Assembly: GCA_964546275.1 (NCBI GenBank)
Contig: CAZJJG010000002.1
Span: forward strand, 11,619 to 75,618
Length of the DNA: 64,000 bases
From: an uncultured Gammaproteobacteria bacterium
GTDB lineage: Bacteria > Pseudomonadota > Gammaproteobacteria > Magnimaribacterales > D2472
Direction: 5' to 3'
The translations under genes and the position numbers were made by a program. The notes beneath the pieces were generated by a model. It made no database searches, was not told where the DNA came from, and worked only from the letters and a program-made list of their open reading frames with translations. This document shows, piece after piece, positions 1 through 11,526 of the stretch. Each line of letters starts with the position of its first letter. The first letter of the stretch is position 1.

Positions 1-803
1 ACACTTATAGCTATGCTGGTTCCATCTGAGGTGCCTCTTGTGATGGCATCCATAGTGCTTTTATAAATTTTGGGCGTTTTTGACTCTGTAAATTCTGTAA
101 TTGAACTTGAAGGAATCATAATGTTTGAATACATAATGGCAGCAGGAACAGAAAGAACAGATGCTGTTATAAAGTGCTGAATTAAATTTACATCAGCAAA
201 TGATATTTCAAGAATACTGATTAATGCGACCATTACAGAGCCTGCAACTGTTGCCATCCCAGCAGTCATTAGTATTAATAATTCTTTATTAGTTAATTTT
301 TTTAAGTAAGGTCTGATTAATAAGGGAGCTTCGACTTGACCAATAAAAACGTTGGCAGCAGCACCTAGTCCAACTGGGCCACCAATATTAAATAATTTCT
401 GACAGGCCTTTGATAACATGTTCACTATAAATGGCAATATACCCCAGTACCATAAAATAGCAGATATACATGACATAACGATTACGTAAGGAAGGACTCC
501 AAAGGCAAATGTTTGTAAAAGAGATCTATAGGCTGGCGCATCTTCGATAGGAGGATAACCAAATACAAAGTTTGCACCTTCTTGAGTAGCCTGTTGAAGA
601 ATAAAAACACCATTACCTAGAATTTCAAAAGCGCTAATAACAAGAGGTACTTTAAGTAAAATAAGGGCTAAAACTAGTTGAGCTAAAATCCCATAAAATA
701 TATATTTCAAATTAATTTTTTTTATATCATCTGAAAAAGGAACAGCAAGAGCTACTAGCCCTACAAAACCAATTGTAATTTGAAATAAATTAAATAAATT
801 CAT
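1..803 (-). CDS. NupC/CNT-family concentrative nucleoside transporter; N-terminal ~267 codons only, gene runs off the left edge
   Basis: Absent from the ORF track because the window edge truncates it. Hand translation of the minus strand from the ATG at 803..801 gives MNLFNLFQITIGFVGLVALAV...AAANVFIGQVEAPLLIRPYLKKLT...MTAGMATVAGSVM with no stop down to base 1. The GQxEAPLLIRPYL block and multi-TM pattern are typical of NupC-type transporters. Confidence 0.8.
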   Translation of the reverse strand, partial: MNLFNLFQITIGFVGLVALAVPFSDDIKKINLKYIFYGILAQLVLALILLKVPLVISAFEILGNGVFILQQATQEGANFVFGYPPIEDAPAYRSLLQTFAFGVLPYVIVMSCISAILWYWGILPFIVNMLSKACQKLFNIGGPVGLGAAANVFIGQVEAPLLIRPYLKKLTNKELLILMTAGMATVAGSVMVALISILEISFADVNLIQHFITASVLSVPAAIMYSNIMIPSSSITEFTESKTPKIYKSTMDAITRGTSDGTSIAIS

Positions 804-806
804 GGC

Positions 807-1712
807 TTAGTATAACTTAATAGCTTTTAATCTTTCATTTAAAAATTCATCAGCTAGAACACCTTCATCGTCATCATTAAAGATTGATTTAAGGACAATA
901 TTTGGTGCAGGATGAAGAAAAAATGGCATGCTATAACGAGACTTTGATCTTGAATTAGAATAATTAATAACTCTATGAGTTGTGCTTAGGAGCATCCCAT
1001 CAGTAACAAGTTGCATCATATCTCCGATATTACAAACTATTGCATTAGAAGATGCTTTAATTGGAATCCATTCACCCTTTTTAGACTTTACTTCCAAGCC
1101 TGATTCTTCAGCGCCTACTAATAAAGTAATTAAGTTTATATCTTCATGAGCTCGAGCTCTTAAGTTATTTGAATCATCTGTAACAGGCGGATAATGGATT
1201 AATCTTAATAGCGAGTTTCCCTTAATAGCCCATGAATCAAAAAAGCTGGGTTCTTTGTTCAAAATTACAGCAATAACTCTTAACACATCCATCCCTAAAG
1301 TATTAATGGCAATAAAAAGCTCATCAAAGTTATTATTAAAATGATCCATCTCCTCAACTGAAATATTTGTGTGAATTCTTTTGTCATAAGAATTATCTAT
1401 ACAAGGCCCATGATGCCAAAACTCCTTTTGATCTGGGGTTACTTCACCTAAAGCTGTTTCCTTACCAAATGGTGTATAACCTCTAGCGCCAGCATTTTGA
1501 GGAAAGGCATAATTTTTTTTAATATTAGTTGGGAGATTAAAAAAATCTTTAGAAAGATCATAGCTCTTGGCAAGAAGATCAGAGCTTAAACCATGATCTG
1601 TAATGGTGAAAAAACCATATTCGGTTAGAGCGCTCTTAAGCTTTTCTAAAGCTTCTTTGTTTCCATCTTTAATATCTATATAAGATAATTCTGGTATTAA
1701 TTGATCTGACAT
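807..1712 (-). CDS. 2-oxoglutarate/Fe(II)-dependent oxygenase (isopenicillin-N-synthase-like family)
   Basis: 301 aa ORF. It has the facial-triad-like H..D (AHEDINLITLL) and a distal H (STTHRV), followed by an RxS-like 2OG-binding stretch (KSRYSMPFF). Confidence 0.75.
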   Translation of the reverse strand: MSDQLIPELSYIDIKDGNKEALEKLKSALTEYGFFTITDHGLSSDLLAKSYDLSKDFFNLPTNIKKNYAFPQNAGARGYTPFGKETALGEVTPDQKEFWHHGPCIDNSYDKRIHTNISVEEMDHFNNNFDELFIAINTLGMDVLRVIAVILNKEPSFFDSWAIKGNSLLRLIHYPPVTDDSNNLRARAHEDINLITLLVGAEESGLEVKSKKGEWIPIKASSNAIVCNIGDMMQLVTDGMLLSTTHRVINYSNSRSKSRYSMPFFLHPAPNIVLKSIFNDDDEGVLADEFLNERLKAIKLY

Positions 1713-1724
1713 TTAAATATTTTA

Positions 1725-1755
1725 TCAAAAAAAAGGGCAGTTAACTGCCCTTTTT
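1725..1755 (-). terminator. Rho-independent terminator after the TonB-dependent receptor
   Basis: Stem AAGGGCAG / CTGCCCTT with loop TTAA (1733..1752). On the minus strand it is followed by a run of 8 U. It sits 20 nt after the receptor stop codon and only ~14 nt before the next start codon. Confidence 0.65.
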
Positions 1756-1772
1756 AAATTTACTAATTATTA

Positions 1773-4700
1773 TTAGAACTTATAAGCAAATCCTAATTGC
1801 ATTCTATAACGTGAGCCATAAGTATCAGTACTTGGACCTCTGTCATCAATACCGGTAATAATTATTTGTCCAGATGAGTTAAATCCATCAGACTCTAAAA
1901 GTCCTCTAGAACCATAATTATAATACTTTTGATGCCCTTTATCTTCATCTATTAAGTTCATAAGGTTTAGAACATCTAGATAAACAAATAGTTTATGACC
2001 ATCTACAAAAGTAGGAACTTCTTGAGCAATTCTCATATCAAGCTGTTTAGTCCAAGGTAAATTATGATGATTTCTTGGAATAACTCTTCCAGCCCAGCTG
2101 TTTAAACCAGCTTTAGTAATAGCGGCAAGAACATCATTTTCTGTAACTCCGTCATAAACAACATTAGCATCTCCTGCTGTTGGAACATACATTAAAGTAC
2201 TTCCATCATCTAGACCGTTATCAAAACCATCTAAAGTATGACTGTATGGTGATCCTGAGTATGCTTTATAAAATAATGATATTTTTGTTGGAGCTCCATC
2301 AAAAATATTCATCGTTTTATCTAGTCCCATTACTAATCTATGTTCATTTGACCAATTAGTTGGTGCTACAGGAACATTTTTAATATCTGCATTAAGTTGA
2401 TATCTTAGATTTGAAGAAGCCTGTGAAGAAGTTGCTGACCAACCACTTGAAGCTTTCATATTAGTATAACTAACGAAAACACTTGTTCCATTATCAAAGT
2501 CTTTATCAAATCCAAAAGACATTGACTCTGAGCTTGTACCTTCTGCATTTGAGATAACTGTATGGCCATATCCGTTATATGAAACAATACCTGTTGGAGA
2601 GGATTGATCTACAGTATGAGTAGAATCATAGAAGCCCATACCTTCTTTAGCATCATCTCTATTGTAAGCCAGTCTTAGATTGTATCCATTAGCAGTTGTT
2701 AGATCTAACTCTACTGAAGTCTTCCAAGTTGATGGAGTTTCGTAGTTTGGGTCAATAGCCTCAGCTCCACCTGGAGAAACAGATCCTGGAGGAATTAAAG
2801 TATATAAATCAGAATCACCGTAGAAACATGTTGGATCTCCGGCAACAGGACAAGGAGAATAGTATCTAGCTCCATAAGTAGCAACACCAGAATTTGAGAA
2901 TGGACTTGCTAACCATACATTAGGCACTCTTCCAGCAAATAGTCCAATACCCCCTCTTAACTCAGCAGAAACTACCTTGCTTGAATTTGAGAACATTAAA
3001 TCTGTTGCATCTAAATTAAATCCAACTCTAGGCTGAATAATTCTTGACTTAGCAGGTGTAGAATTAGAAAAACCATGTTTTTGTGAAGCTAATTCGTTAT
3101 ACATAGGCCCATTATTCATTGCAAATGAATCAAGTCTTAGTCCAGCTAGAACAGTTAAGATATCAGAGACATACATTTTATCTTGTATGTAGATAGTTTT
3201 AAATGTTCCAGAGAATGCAGCAGCTGCATCATAAGGATCGCCTGTTGCTGATTGATTAAATCTAAAGAAACTTGGAACACCTGCTTCAAAATTATCAACA
3301 CCTTGGAACTGGTAAGCTCCATCTTCTCTTGAAATAAATAGATTACTAACAAATTTATCAATAGAGTCATAACCCATTGTTATCTCATGATCACCAATTG
3401 TTAATACACCTTTAATATTTAAAATTTCATCAGTAGCAGATGTTTCATTAGCACTTCTGTACTTATCTCCACCTAAGAAGATTGATTCTCTAGAACCACT
3501 TGTATATCCACCCATTGAATCAGTAATTCTAATTTCAACATGAGGGAAATCTTCTCCACCCAAAGCATCCTGATCATTTGTGTATTCGACATCTGAAAAT
3601 TTAGCTTGTACATAGAAATTATCTGTTAAATCACCATACCAAGAATAAGTAGATTTCTCATTCGTTGTTGGATAGTTATAATAATGAGAACTAAATCTAA
3701 TATCGTAGTTATAAGGTTTTACAGAGTTATCTTCTGAATAACTGTAAACATACTCTAATCTATTTTTGTCGTTCACAATGTAATCAATCTTTGTAAGTTG
3801 CTTCTCGGCCATTTCTGGTGGAGGTGAGAAGTTTGGTGAACCTGGATCATAGTTATAAAGAGTTTTTGTAATATTTGTAATTCTGTCTATTAAAGCTTGA
3901 TCAGCAATTCTATAAACAACCTCTTCAGAAGGTGTTAATGATTCAAATTCTTCGTAAGCAGTAAAGAAGAATAATTTATCTTTAATAATTGGTCCGCCTA
4001 AAACAAAACCAGTAGTTTCGTCTTCGAATTGACTTGGAGCACTTCCGTTCAAGTCACCAACATTGTTTTCATCAGTTGAGTAGTAGTAACCCATTCCTTT
4101 AAATTCATTAGTTCCTGATTTAGTAACAGCATTTATACTTGCACCAGTAAAGTTACCTTTTGAAACATCAAATGGGCTGATATCTACTGAAATCTGCTCT
4201 AGTGTTTCAATACTGATAGGGTTTCTTACTGAAGGGAATCCGTTAGCATTAAGGCCTAATGGATCATTCTGAGCAACACCATCAACTGTAAAGTTGTTAT
4301 ATCTATTATTTGTTCCAGAAACTGATATAGAAGCATTTCTAGCTTGACCATTAACAATAATTCTAGAATCTTTTTTTACATACTCTGATATAGATCTTTC
4401 AATACTTGGTGTGCCTTCTATGTCAGCAGCGCTGATGGATAGACCAGAACCAAATTTAGTAAAGGATGTTTTGGAACCAGATACCACGACCTCATCCATT
4501 GAACCTCCTGAAAGGTTTATATCAACATTAGATGTTTGAGATACATTTAAGTAAACGCCTGTAAGTCTTTCAGGAGTATATCCTGAAGCGGTTACTTTGA
4601 TGATATATGGACCACCAGGCCTTAAGTTTGAAACAGCAAATGTTCCATCATCACCAGCAACAACAGTTTTTGAGGCTCCTGTTGGAGTATGTGTGATCTC

Positions 4701-4817
4701 AATAGTAGCTCCTGAAACATTTACATCACCACGAATGGAAGATGTGGTTTCATTCGCTGCGTAAACAGACCCACTTATAAAAAATACAGTTAATAAAGAC
4801 AAATACCACTTATTCAT
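1773..4817 (-). CDS. TonB-dependent outer-membrane receptor with an N-terminal carboxypeptidase-regulatory-like domain
   Basis: The long ORF ends in the aromatic C-terminus ...GFAYKF. It has a CarboxypepD_reg-like N-domain (IRGDVNVSGATIEITHTPTG...GGPYIIKVTASGY), a plug-like segment and an alternating beta-strand pattern. I place the start at MNKWYLSLLTVFFISGSVYA (signal peptide, AGGGAG RBS upstream) rather than the track start at 4901. Confidence 0.85.
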   Translation of the reverse strand: MNKWYLSLLTVFFISGSVYAANETTSSIRGDVNVSGATIEITHTPTGASKTVVAGDDGTFAVSNLRPGGPYIIKVTASGYTPERLTGVYLNVSQTSNVDINLSGGSMDEVVVSGSKTSFTKFGSGLSISAADIEGTPSIERSISEYVKKDSRIIVNGQARNASISVSGTNNRYNNFTVDGVAQNDPLGLNANGFPSVRNPISIETLEQISVDISPFDVSKGNFTGASINAVTKSGTNEFKGMGYYYSTDENNVGDLNGSAPSQFEDETTGFVLGGPIIKDKLFFFTAYEEFESLTPSEEVVYRIADQALIDRITNITKTLYNYDPGSPNFSPPPEMAEKQLTKIDYIVNDKNRLEYVYSYSEDNSVKPYNYDIRFSSHYYNYPTTNEKSTYSWYGDLTDNFYVQAKFSDVEYTNDQDALGGEDFPHVEIRITDSMGGYTSGSRESIFLGGDKYRSANETSATDEILNIKGVLTIGDHEITMGYDSIDKFVSNLFISREDGAYQFQGVDNFEAGVPSFFRFNQSATGDPYDAAAAFSGTFKTIYIQDKMYVSDILTVLAGLRLDSFAMNNGPMYNELASQKHGFSNSTPAKSRIIQPRVGFNLDATDLMFSNSSKVVSAELRGGIGLFAGRVPNVWLASPFSNSGVATYGARYYSPCPVAGDPTCFYGDSDLYTLIPPGSVSPGGAEAIDPNYETPSTWKTSVELDLTTANGYNLRLAYNRDDAKEGMGFYDSTHTVDQSSPTGIVSYNGYGHTVISNAEGTSSESMSFGFDKDFDNGTSVFVSYTNMKASSGWSATSSQASSNLRYQLNADIKNVPVAPTNWSNEHRLVMGLDKTMNIFDGAPTKISLFYKAYSGSPYSHTLDGFDNGLDDGSTLMYVPTAGDANVVYDGVTENDVLAAITKAGLNSWAGRVIPRNHHNLPWTKQLDMRIAQEVPTFVDGHKLFVYLDVLNLMNLIDEDKGHQKYYNYGSRGLLESDGFNSSGQIIITGIDDRGPSTDTYGSRYRMQLGFAYKF

Positions 4818-4947
4818 ATCAGCTCCCTTGAAGAATAGTAAGATTAATATATACCAATAATATACCTTTTTTATATCCTGCGAAAGAGGAAAAGACTTCA
4901 TTTTTGTAATTTTTGTGTGAACTTTTTAAGCTAAACTGATAAATGGT

Positions 4948-6198
4948 TTATTCAGACAAGGAAATAAATTTCTTTCCCATAAATTCAACTAATGCTTTAG
5001 GCACTTTAATAGAATTTTTACCGTCATAATTATTTTCTATTACAGCAATAAGCGCCCTACCTGCTGCTAAGGCTGAGCCATTTATAGTATGAGCAAAGGC
5101 TTTATCTTTACCATTTTTAATTCTAATTTTTCCTCTTCTTGCTTGAAAATCTAAAAAATTAGAACATGATGATATTTCTCTATACTTATTTTGACTTGGC
5201 ATCCAAACTTCAATATCGAAAGTTTTAGCAGCTGTAAAACCAAGATCTCCCGAACAAAGCTCAATAACTTGATAAGGCAATTCAAGAACTTGAAGAACTT
5301 CTTCGGCATGGCTTAAAAGCTCATCAAGAGCATTATATGAATCCTCAGGATCAACAATTTGAACTAGCTCAACTTTTTCAAATTGATGCTGTCTTATTAA
5401 GCCCTTAGTGTCTTTTCCATAGCTGCCTGCCTCAGAACGAAAGCATGGGGTATGCGCTGTCAATTTTAATGGTAATTTTGATGAATCGATTATCGAATCT
5501 CTATATAAGTTTGTTAATGGAACTTCAGCTGTTGGAATTAAGTACATATCATTTGAGAGCTTGAACAAATCTTCCTCAAACTTTGGGAGTTGGCCTGTGG
5601 CAGTTAAAGACTCAGCATTTGCTACATAAGGAACGTAATGTTCTTGATAACCATTCTTTGTTGCTATATCTAGCATTAGATTAACTAGACCTCTTTGAAG
5701 CTTAGCTATATCATTTTTTAAAACTGAGAAACGTGTACCTGCTAATTTAACAGCTAGCTCAGAATCAATATCTTTTGCAATCTCAATATGATCTTTTGTA
5801 TTTACTGATGAAGGTTCACCAATTTTTTTTACTACAACATTATCATTCTCATTAGCGCCTAAAGGAGCGTTGGGATGGGGTATATTAGGTATGTCTAGCA
5901 TGAAAATTTCTAACTCGAGCTGGATTTCTTTTAAGATTTCTTCACCAGATTTTAAGCCTTCATTGATCTTATCTATATCTTGTTTCAGAGAATCTGTAGA
6001 GCTTGAAGATTTTTTTAAAGCTGCGAACTCATTAGATAATCTCTTTCTTTCTGCCTGAAGAAATTCAACATCAATTTGTACTACCTTTCTTTTGTCATCT
6101 ATTTCACAAAATTTATTAACATCCAATTCATAACCTTTTTGAGCAAGATTTTTTACCAGCACCTCTGGTGATTCTCTAAGTAATTTTATATCTAACAT
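4948..6198 (-). CDS. serS: Serine--tRNA ligase
   Basis: 416 aa with an N-terminal coiled-coil arm (MLDIKLLRE...) and class II core motifs (FRSEAGSYGKDTKGLIRQHQFEKVE; GSALAAGRALIAVIEN). Confidence 0.95.
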   Translation of the reverse strand: MLDIKLLRESPEVLVKNLAQKGYELDVNKFCEIDDKRKVVQIDVEFLQAERKRLSNEFAALKKSSSSTDSLKQDIDKINEGLKSGEEILKEIQLELEIFMLDIPNIPHPNAPLGANENDNVVVKKIGEPSSVNTKDHIEIAKDIDSELAVKLAGTRFSVLKNDIAKLQRGLVNLMLDIATKNGYQEHYVPYVANAESLTATGQLPKFEEDLFKLSNDMYLIPTAEVPLTNLYRDSIIDSSKLPLKLTAHTPCFRSEAGSYGKDTKGLIRQHQFEKVELVQIVDPEDSYNALDELLSHAEEVLQVLELPYQVIELCSGDLGFTAAKTFDIEVWMPSQNKYREISSCSNFLDFQARRGKIRIKNGKDKAFAHTINGSALAAGRALIAVIENNYDGKNSIKVPKALVEFMGKKFISLSE

Positions 6199-6199
6199 T

Positions 6200-6562
6200 T
6201 TATTTCAGTGATCCTAAGGTTAAACCTATATAAGTAGCTAGTATTGTAAATAGAATTGTCATGAATATATACATAGACGCCTCACCAAAGCTTTGATTGT
6301 TGAACATTTCAACTGCTTGCATAGAAAAAGCTGACATAGTTGTAAATGATCCAAGGAAGCCAATAACAAAGAAAAGCTGTAACTCTGATCTTAAATCAGC
6401 AAAATAACTAAATATAAAACCAACTAATAAACACCCGAGAACATTAACAATAAATGTGCCTATGTGGTAACTAGACTCAAAATATTTAGAAATTATTTCA
6501 CTCAGAACATATCTTGATATAGCTCCTAAAGCGCCGCCAATTCCAATTACAAGAATATTCAT
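6200..6562 (-). CDS. crcB: Fluoride channel CrcB/FluC
   Basis: 120 aa, four TM segments, with GGALGAISRY and GFLGSFTTMSAF motifs typical of CrcB. Confidence 0.9.
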   Translation of the reverse strand: MNILVIGIGGALGAISRYVLSEIISKYFESSYHIGTFIVNVLGCLLVGFIFSYFADLRSELQLFFVIGFLGSFTTMSAFSMQAVEMFNNQSFGEASMYIFMTILFTILATYIGLTLGSLK

Positions 6563-6566
6563 TATT

Positions 6567-7076
6567 TTATAAGTCTTTAAAGATAATTAGATTTTCAATA
6601 TCAAGATTATCATTATATTTTAAATAGTGAATCTTACTTTCTTTAAATTTAATTTCTATTTTGTTATAGGTTTCATTATTAAGTGAGTTGATTATTATCG
6701 AATCTGACGTCTGTTCAAGCTCGTAATCTGAACTACTGTTAGTGATGCCATTTGTAAAAATATCTAATAGAGTATTATCTCCAAAATCATTTACTGAAAC
6801 TCTAGAGATTTGATCTAATTCAATATCAGTAACAATAATCTCATCACCATAAAGTTCATACTTTTCCATAAAAGGCGTGTCAACAAAAACTAAAATACCC
6901 TTATTGCTTCTAATGATTCTTCCCTCGCTCTTATCAATAGAATTAGTGTATGGATTAATCGAGGATTGAGTGAACGCTAGATTAGCTTTTTCAATTGATG
7001 CATTAAAAATATCAGTTAAATTTTCTGAATAAATATTAGAGCTTGATAAAACAAGCATTAAGAAAAATAATCTCAT
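6567..7076 (-). CDS. LolA-like periplasmic lipoprotein carrier (divergent, short)
   Basis: 169 aa with a signal peptide. The position between ftsK and serS matches the E. coli ftsK-lolA-rarA-serS order. There is weak resemblance to LolA (ANLAFTQSS..., then a G.I.....G.L.F pattern). The call rests mainly on synteny. Confidence 0.5.
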   Translation of the reverse strand: MRLFFLMLVLSSSNIYSENLTDIFNASIEKANLAFTQSSINPYTNSIDKSEGRIIRSNKGILVFVDTPFMEKYELYGDEIIVTDIELDQISRVSVNDFGDNTLLDIFTNGITNSSSDYELEQTSDSIIINSLNNETYNKIEIKFKESKIHYLKYNDNLDIENLIIFKDL

Positions 7077-9386
7077 TTATGATCTTTTTGGAACAATGAC
7101 TTCTCTTGAGCCATTTGTTGCCATTTCAGTAACTATTCCAGCTTGCTCCATTGTTTCAATTAGTCTCGCTGCTCTGTTATAGCCTATTCTTAATTTTCTT
7201 TGAACAGCCGATATCGATGCTCTTCTTGAATCAATAACAAAGTTAACCGCTTCATCATAAAGCTCATCAGCTTCTTCATCATTTGAATTAGAGTTTTCAG
7301 AAGACCATCCAGGAATTGGTCCTGTGTCCTGAAGGTCAGAAACAATGTCATCAATATAATCTGGTTCAGATCTTTTTCTCCAATCATCTACAACTCTATG
7401 AACCTCATCATCACCAACAAATGCTCCGTGAACTCTAACTGGAACACTTACACCTGGTGGAAGATAAAGCATATCTCCCCAACCAAGCAATTGTTCTGCC
7501 CCGCCCTGATCAAGAATAGTTCTTGAATCAATCTTAGATGAGACTTGAAATCCTATTCGAGTAGGAATATTAGCTTTAATTAATCCAGTGATGACATCTA
7601 CAGAAGGTCTCTGTGTTGCTAAAATAAGATGTATTCCTGCTGCTCTAGCTTTTTGTGCAATTCTTGCAATAAGATGTTCAACTTTTTTACCAACAAGCAT
7701 CATCATGTCTGCAAATTCATCAACTACGACAACAATTGCCGGAAGTTTTTCTAAGAAAACATCGCCCTCTTCCTTAAGAGGATCTGGAATTTGCTGACCA
7801 TTAGCTGCCGCTTCTTCAATTTTCTTATTAAATCCTTGTAAATTTCTTACTCCCATCATGGACATTAACTTATATCTTCTGTCCATCTCAGCAACACACC
7901 ACCTCAGACCATTCGCTGCATCTGTCATATCAGTAATAACAGGAGTAAGTAAATGAGGTATTCCATCATAAACTGATAATTCAAGCATTTTAGGATCAAT
8001 AAGAATTAAACGCACATCCTCTGGGTCTGATTTGAAAAGTAAGCTTAATAACATCGCATTAACACCGACAGATTTTCCTGAACCTGTTGTGCCTGCAACT
8101 AATAAATGCGGCATTTTAGCAAGATCAACAACAACAGATTTTCCAGCAATATCATGACCTAGGGCTAAAGATAAACTTGATGTAGAATTTTTAAAAGCAC
8201 TAGAAGAAAGAATTTCAGTTAATCGCACCATCTTTCTATTAGTATTAGGTATCTCTATCCCAACCACAGATTTACCTTCTATGACCTCTACAACTCTAAC
8301 ACTACTAACTGCTAATGACCTGGCTATATCTTGAGCAATATTTGTAACTTTGCTTGCTTTCGTTCCTGGGGCTAACTCAATCTCAAATCTTGTAACAACA
8401 GGACCAGGAAGAACTGATACAACATCTGCTGTAACTCCAAATTCTGCTAGTTTGATTTCAAGTAAACCGGCTAGCTCATTTAAGTCTTCTTGAGACAAAG
8501 AAGAGCCATCGTCAAGCGCTCTGTCTAAAAGCTCAGTGCTCGGCATTCTTGTTCTAACTTCTTCAACATTCGACTTTTGCGATGCAGATGGAGGTTTTGG
8601 AACGGGTTTAATATCTGGTTTAATTGGCTCTTGATCTTTAGTTGAAGTTTGAACTTCTTTCACGGGCGACTTAATCTCAATTGGTTTCTTTTCAACAACT
8701 TGTTTAAGTGAAGCCTCTTCTTTCTTTAATTTTATTGCTTCTGCTCTTTTTTGGTATTTTGTTATTAAAGTCTGGAAAAGATTTTGAACTGCATAAAAAC
8801 TTTTTAAAGTTACATTCTTGATCTTATTAATACTTATTAGCAAAAAGGTTCCCAAAATATCTATAAATTTTGTCCAACTAAAATTGAAAGCTAATGCAAT
8901 TGAAGGAATTAAAAATAGTATTAAAAATATCAAGGTACCAATTTGACCAAAAATACTAGATAGAAAGATAAAAATAGAAGCCCCAATAAAGCCACCTGCT
9001 GACTCCTCAGGATAAGTATCTCCAGCAATATAAAATTCAAATAAAGAACAAGCACATAAAATAGCGACAATAGAACCAAAAGAGCGGAAATAAAATTTAG
9101 CTTTAGATGTGTATTTGCTTGTAATAAATATTGATTCAATAGAAATACAGGCTAAGAGAGCCAATATCATGTATGCCCCTAAACCAAAAAGAACAAAAAA
9201 TAAATCTGAGATCCATGCTCCAAATGGTCCGCCCATGTTAATAATTTCTTGGTTGGTTGAAAAAGAAGAAAAACCTGGGTCATTTGCATTGAAAGAAACG
9301 AGTGCAATAAAAATATATAAACATAAACCCAGTAATGTAAAACCAAGAAAACTCTTAAAAATGCTTTTAGTATATGGAGAATTCAT
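7077..9386 (-). CDS. ftsK: DNA translocase FtsK
   Basis: 769 aa with N-terminal TM segments, a Pro/Lys-rich linker, the motor domain with Walker A ([14 protein letters not shown]) and Walker B ([11 protein letters not shown]), and a C-terminal gamma winged-helix ([21 protein letters not shown]). Confidence 0.95.
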   Translation of the reverse strand: MNSPYTKSIFKSFLGFTLLGLCLYIFIALVSFNANDPGFSSFSTNQEIINMGGPFGAWISDLFFVLFGLGAYMILALLACISIESIFITSKYTSKAKFYFRSFGSIVAILCACSLFEFYIAGDTYPEESAGGFIGASIFIFLSSIFGQIGTLIFLILFLIPSIALAFNFSWTKFIDILGTFLLISINKIKNVTLKSFYAVQNLFQTLITKYQKRAEAIKLKKEEASLKQVVEKKPIEIKSPVKEVQTSTKDQEPIKPDIKPVPKPPSASQKSNVEEVRTRMPSTELLDRALDDGSSLSQEDLNELAGLLEIKLAEFGVTADVVSVLPGPVVTRFEIELAPGTKASKVTNIAQDIARSLAVSSVRVVEVIEGKSVVGIEIPNTNRKMVRLTEILSSSAFKNSTSSLSLALGHDIAGKSVVVDLAKMPHLLVAGTTGSGKSVGVNAMLLSLLFKSDPEDVRLILIDPKMLELSVYDGIPHLLTPVITDMTDAANGLRWCVAEMDRRYKLMSMMGVRNLQGFNKKIEEAAANGQQIPDPLKEEGDVFLEKLPAIVVVVDEFADMMMLVGKKVEHLIARIAQKARAAGIHLILATQRPSVDVITGLIKANIPTRIGFQVSSKIDSRTILDQGGAEQLLGWGDMLYLPPGVSVPVRVHGAFVGDDEVHRVVDDWRKRSEPDYIDDIVSDLQDTGPIPGWSSENSNSNDEEADELYDEAVNFVIDSRRASISAVQRKLRIGYNRAARLIETMEQAGIVTEMATNGSREVIVPKRS

Positions 9387-9457
9387 TATTTAAATATAAT
9401 TAATATATGATTAATTATATTGGAATTAATCACAATTTGTAGATATTTGAATTATAA

Positions 9458-10399
<942 letters not shown>

Positions 10400-10403
10400 G
10401 CTA

Positions 10404-10535
10404 TTACTGACCAGAAACCCAATATAGAGCTGCAATTACAGCAACTACTATAATAATAAGTGAAACTCTCGCGTCAGACTTACTATCTTCATTAGTTTCA
10501 ACATCATCATAAAAAGTATCTATATCATCTCTCAT
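10404..10535 (-). CDS. Hypothetical 43-aa single-TM protein (below the ORF-track size cut-off)
   Basis: Hand translation gives MRDDIDTFYDDVETNEDSKSDARVSLIIIVVAVIAALYWVSGQ*. Its ATG lies 1 nt after the stop of the upstream reductase gene (TAA-T-ATG), a coupled arrangement. It has an acidic N-terminus and one hydrophobic helix. No homology is recognised. Confidence 0.3.
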   Translation of the reverse strand: MRDDIDTFYDDVETNEDSKSDARVSLIIIVVAVIAALYWVSGQ

Positions 10536-10536
10536 A

Positions 10537-11526
10537 TTATTCTCCATGTTTAATTACAATTCTTCCAACCTGCTCGCCATTTAAAATTTTACTAATTTCT
10601 TCACCAACATCAACAAGACTAATTATCTTAGTCTGATCTTTTAAATTAACTTTCCATTCATTAGAAAGTAAATTCCAAATTGATTCTTTAAATTCAATAG
10701 GTGACTCAGCGGAATCAATACCAAGAAGTGAAACACCTCTGAGAATAAATGGAAATACTGTCGTATTTAAAACCATTCCTGCAACATTACCACAAGCTGA
10801 GATTGAGCACTTTGGTGAAACCATTGAAATTATTTTAGCCAGGATGTCACCACCAACTGTATCTACAGCACCACCATAAATAGCTTTATCTAATGGTTTA
10901 ACTGGATTTTCCATAAACTCATTTCTTACAATAACAGTGCTAGCTCCAATTTCTTTAAGAAACTCATCTTGGGTACTTTTTCCAGTTAATGCATGAACTT
11001 CGTAGCCAAGCTTGCTGAGTATATTTACCGCTACAGAACCGACGCCACCCGTTGCTCCTGAAACAAGGATTGGTTTATTTTTATCAATACCATTGTCAAT
11101 AATTTTTTTAATAGATGCGGCTGCTGTAAGGCCAGCTGTTCCATAACTCATTGCTTCTATTGGTAATAGACCCTCAGGAAGTTTTACAGCCCATTCTGCT
11201 GGAACTTGAACGACCTCACCAAATCCACCGTAAACACTCATACCCATACTATAGCCAGTTATTATTACCATATCCCCTTTTCTAAAATTTTCGCTAGATG
11301 ATTCTGTAACAGAACCAACTGCGTCTATTCCAGGAACAAATGGGTAATTTCTTGTTACACCTGTCTTTGGCCCAGAAGCAGATAAAGCATCTTTATAGTT
11401 AAGTGAAGAAAATTGAACATCAACAATTATATGACCATCCTGAATTTCAGGTTTCTCAATAGCCTCAATTGAACCTAAATAACTACCATCGACCTCTTTA
11501 ACTAGATAAGCCTGGTAGGTGATCAT
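10537..11526 (-). CDS. YhdH/AcuI-family MDR oxidoreductase (acrylyl-CoA reductase-like quinone oxidoreductase)
   Basis: 329 aa. The N-terminus parallels E. coli YhdH (VDVQFSSLNYKDALSASG...FVPGIDAVGSV), and the NADPH fold motif GATGGVGSVAV is present. Confidence 0.8.
   Translation of the reverse strand: MITYQAYLVKEVDGSYLGSIEAIEKPEIQDGHIIVDVQFSSLNYKDALSASGPKTGVTRNYPFVPGIDAVGSVTESSSENFRKGDMVIITGYSMGMSVYGGFGEVVQVPAEWAVKLPEGLLPIEAMSYGTAGLTAAASIKKIIDNGIDKNKPILVSGATGGVGSVAVNILSKLGYEVHALTGKSTQDEFLKEIGASTVIVRNEFMENPVKPLDKAIYGGAVDTVGGDILAKIISMVSPKCSISACGNVAGMVLNTTVFPFILRGVSLLGIDSAESPIEFKESIWNLLSNEWKVNLKDQTKIISLVDVGEEISKILNGEQVGRIVIKHGE

Noticed and set aside
3155-3370. Short same-strand or nested ORFs from the track: 3155..3370, 5870..6058, 7190..7387, 7588..7797, 8930..9139, 15829..16038, 16304..16492, 16752..16997, 17670..17861, 19184..19366, 20193..20429, 25134..25352, 30461..30658, 31643..31846, 32378..32563, 34638..34919, 36517..36708, 37609..37866, 42344..42598, 43092..43277, 47329..47520, 51967..52167, 54587..54808, 55683..55892, 61148..61336, 62745..62930 and 63540..63782.
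   Set aside because: All are embedded in alternative frames or strands of well-supported genes. None shows motifs. They were not called.
4818-4901. N-terminal extensions given by the ORF track: the TonB receptor from 4901, the SDR from 12374, amtB from 13346, the epoxide hydrolase from 19315 and L33-like from 50951.
   Set aside because: The internal starts give proper signal peptides or conserved N-termini, have better RBSs, and avoid overlap with neighbouring genes or a promoter. The extensions add non-conserved residues.
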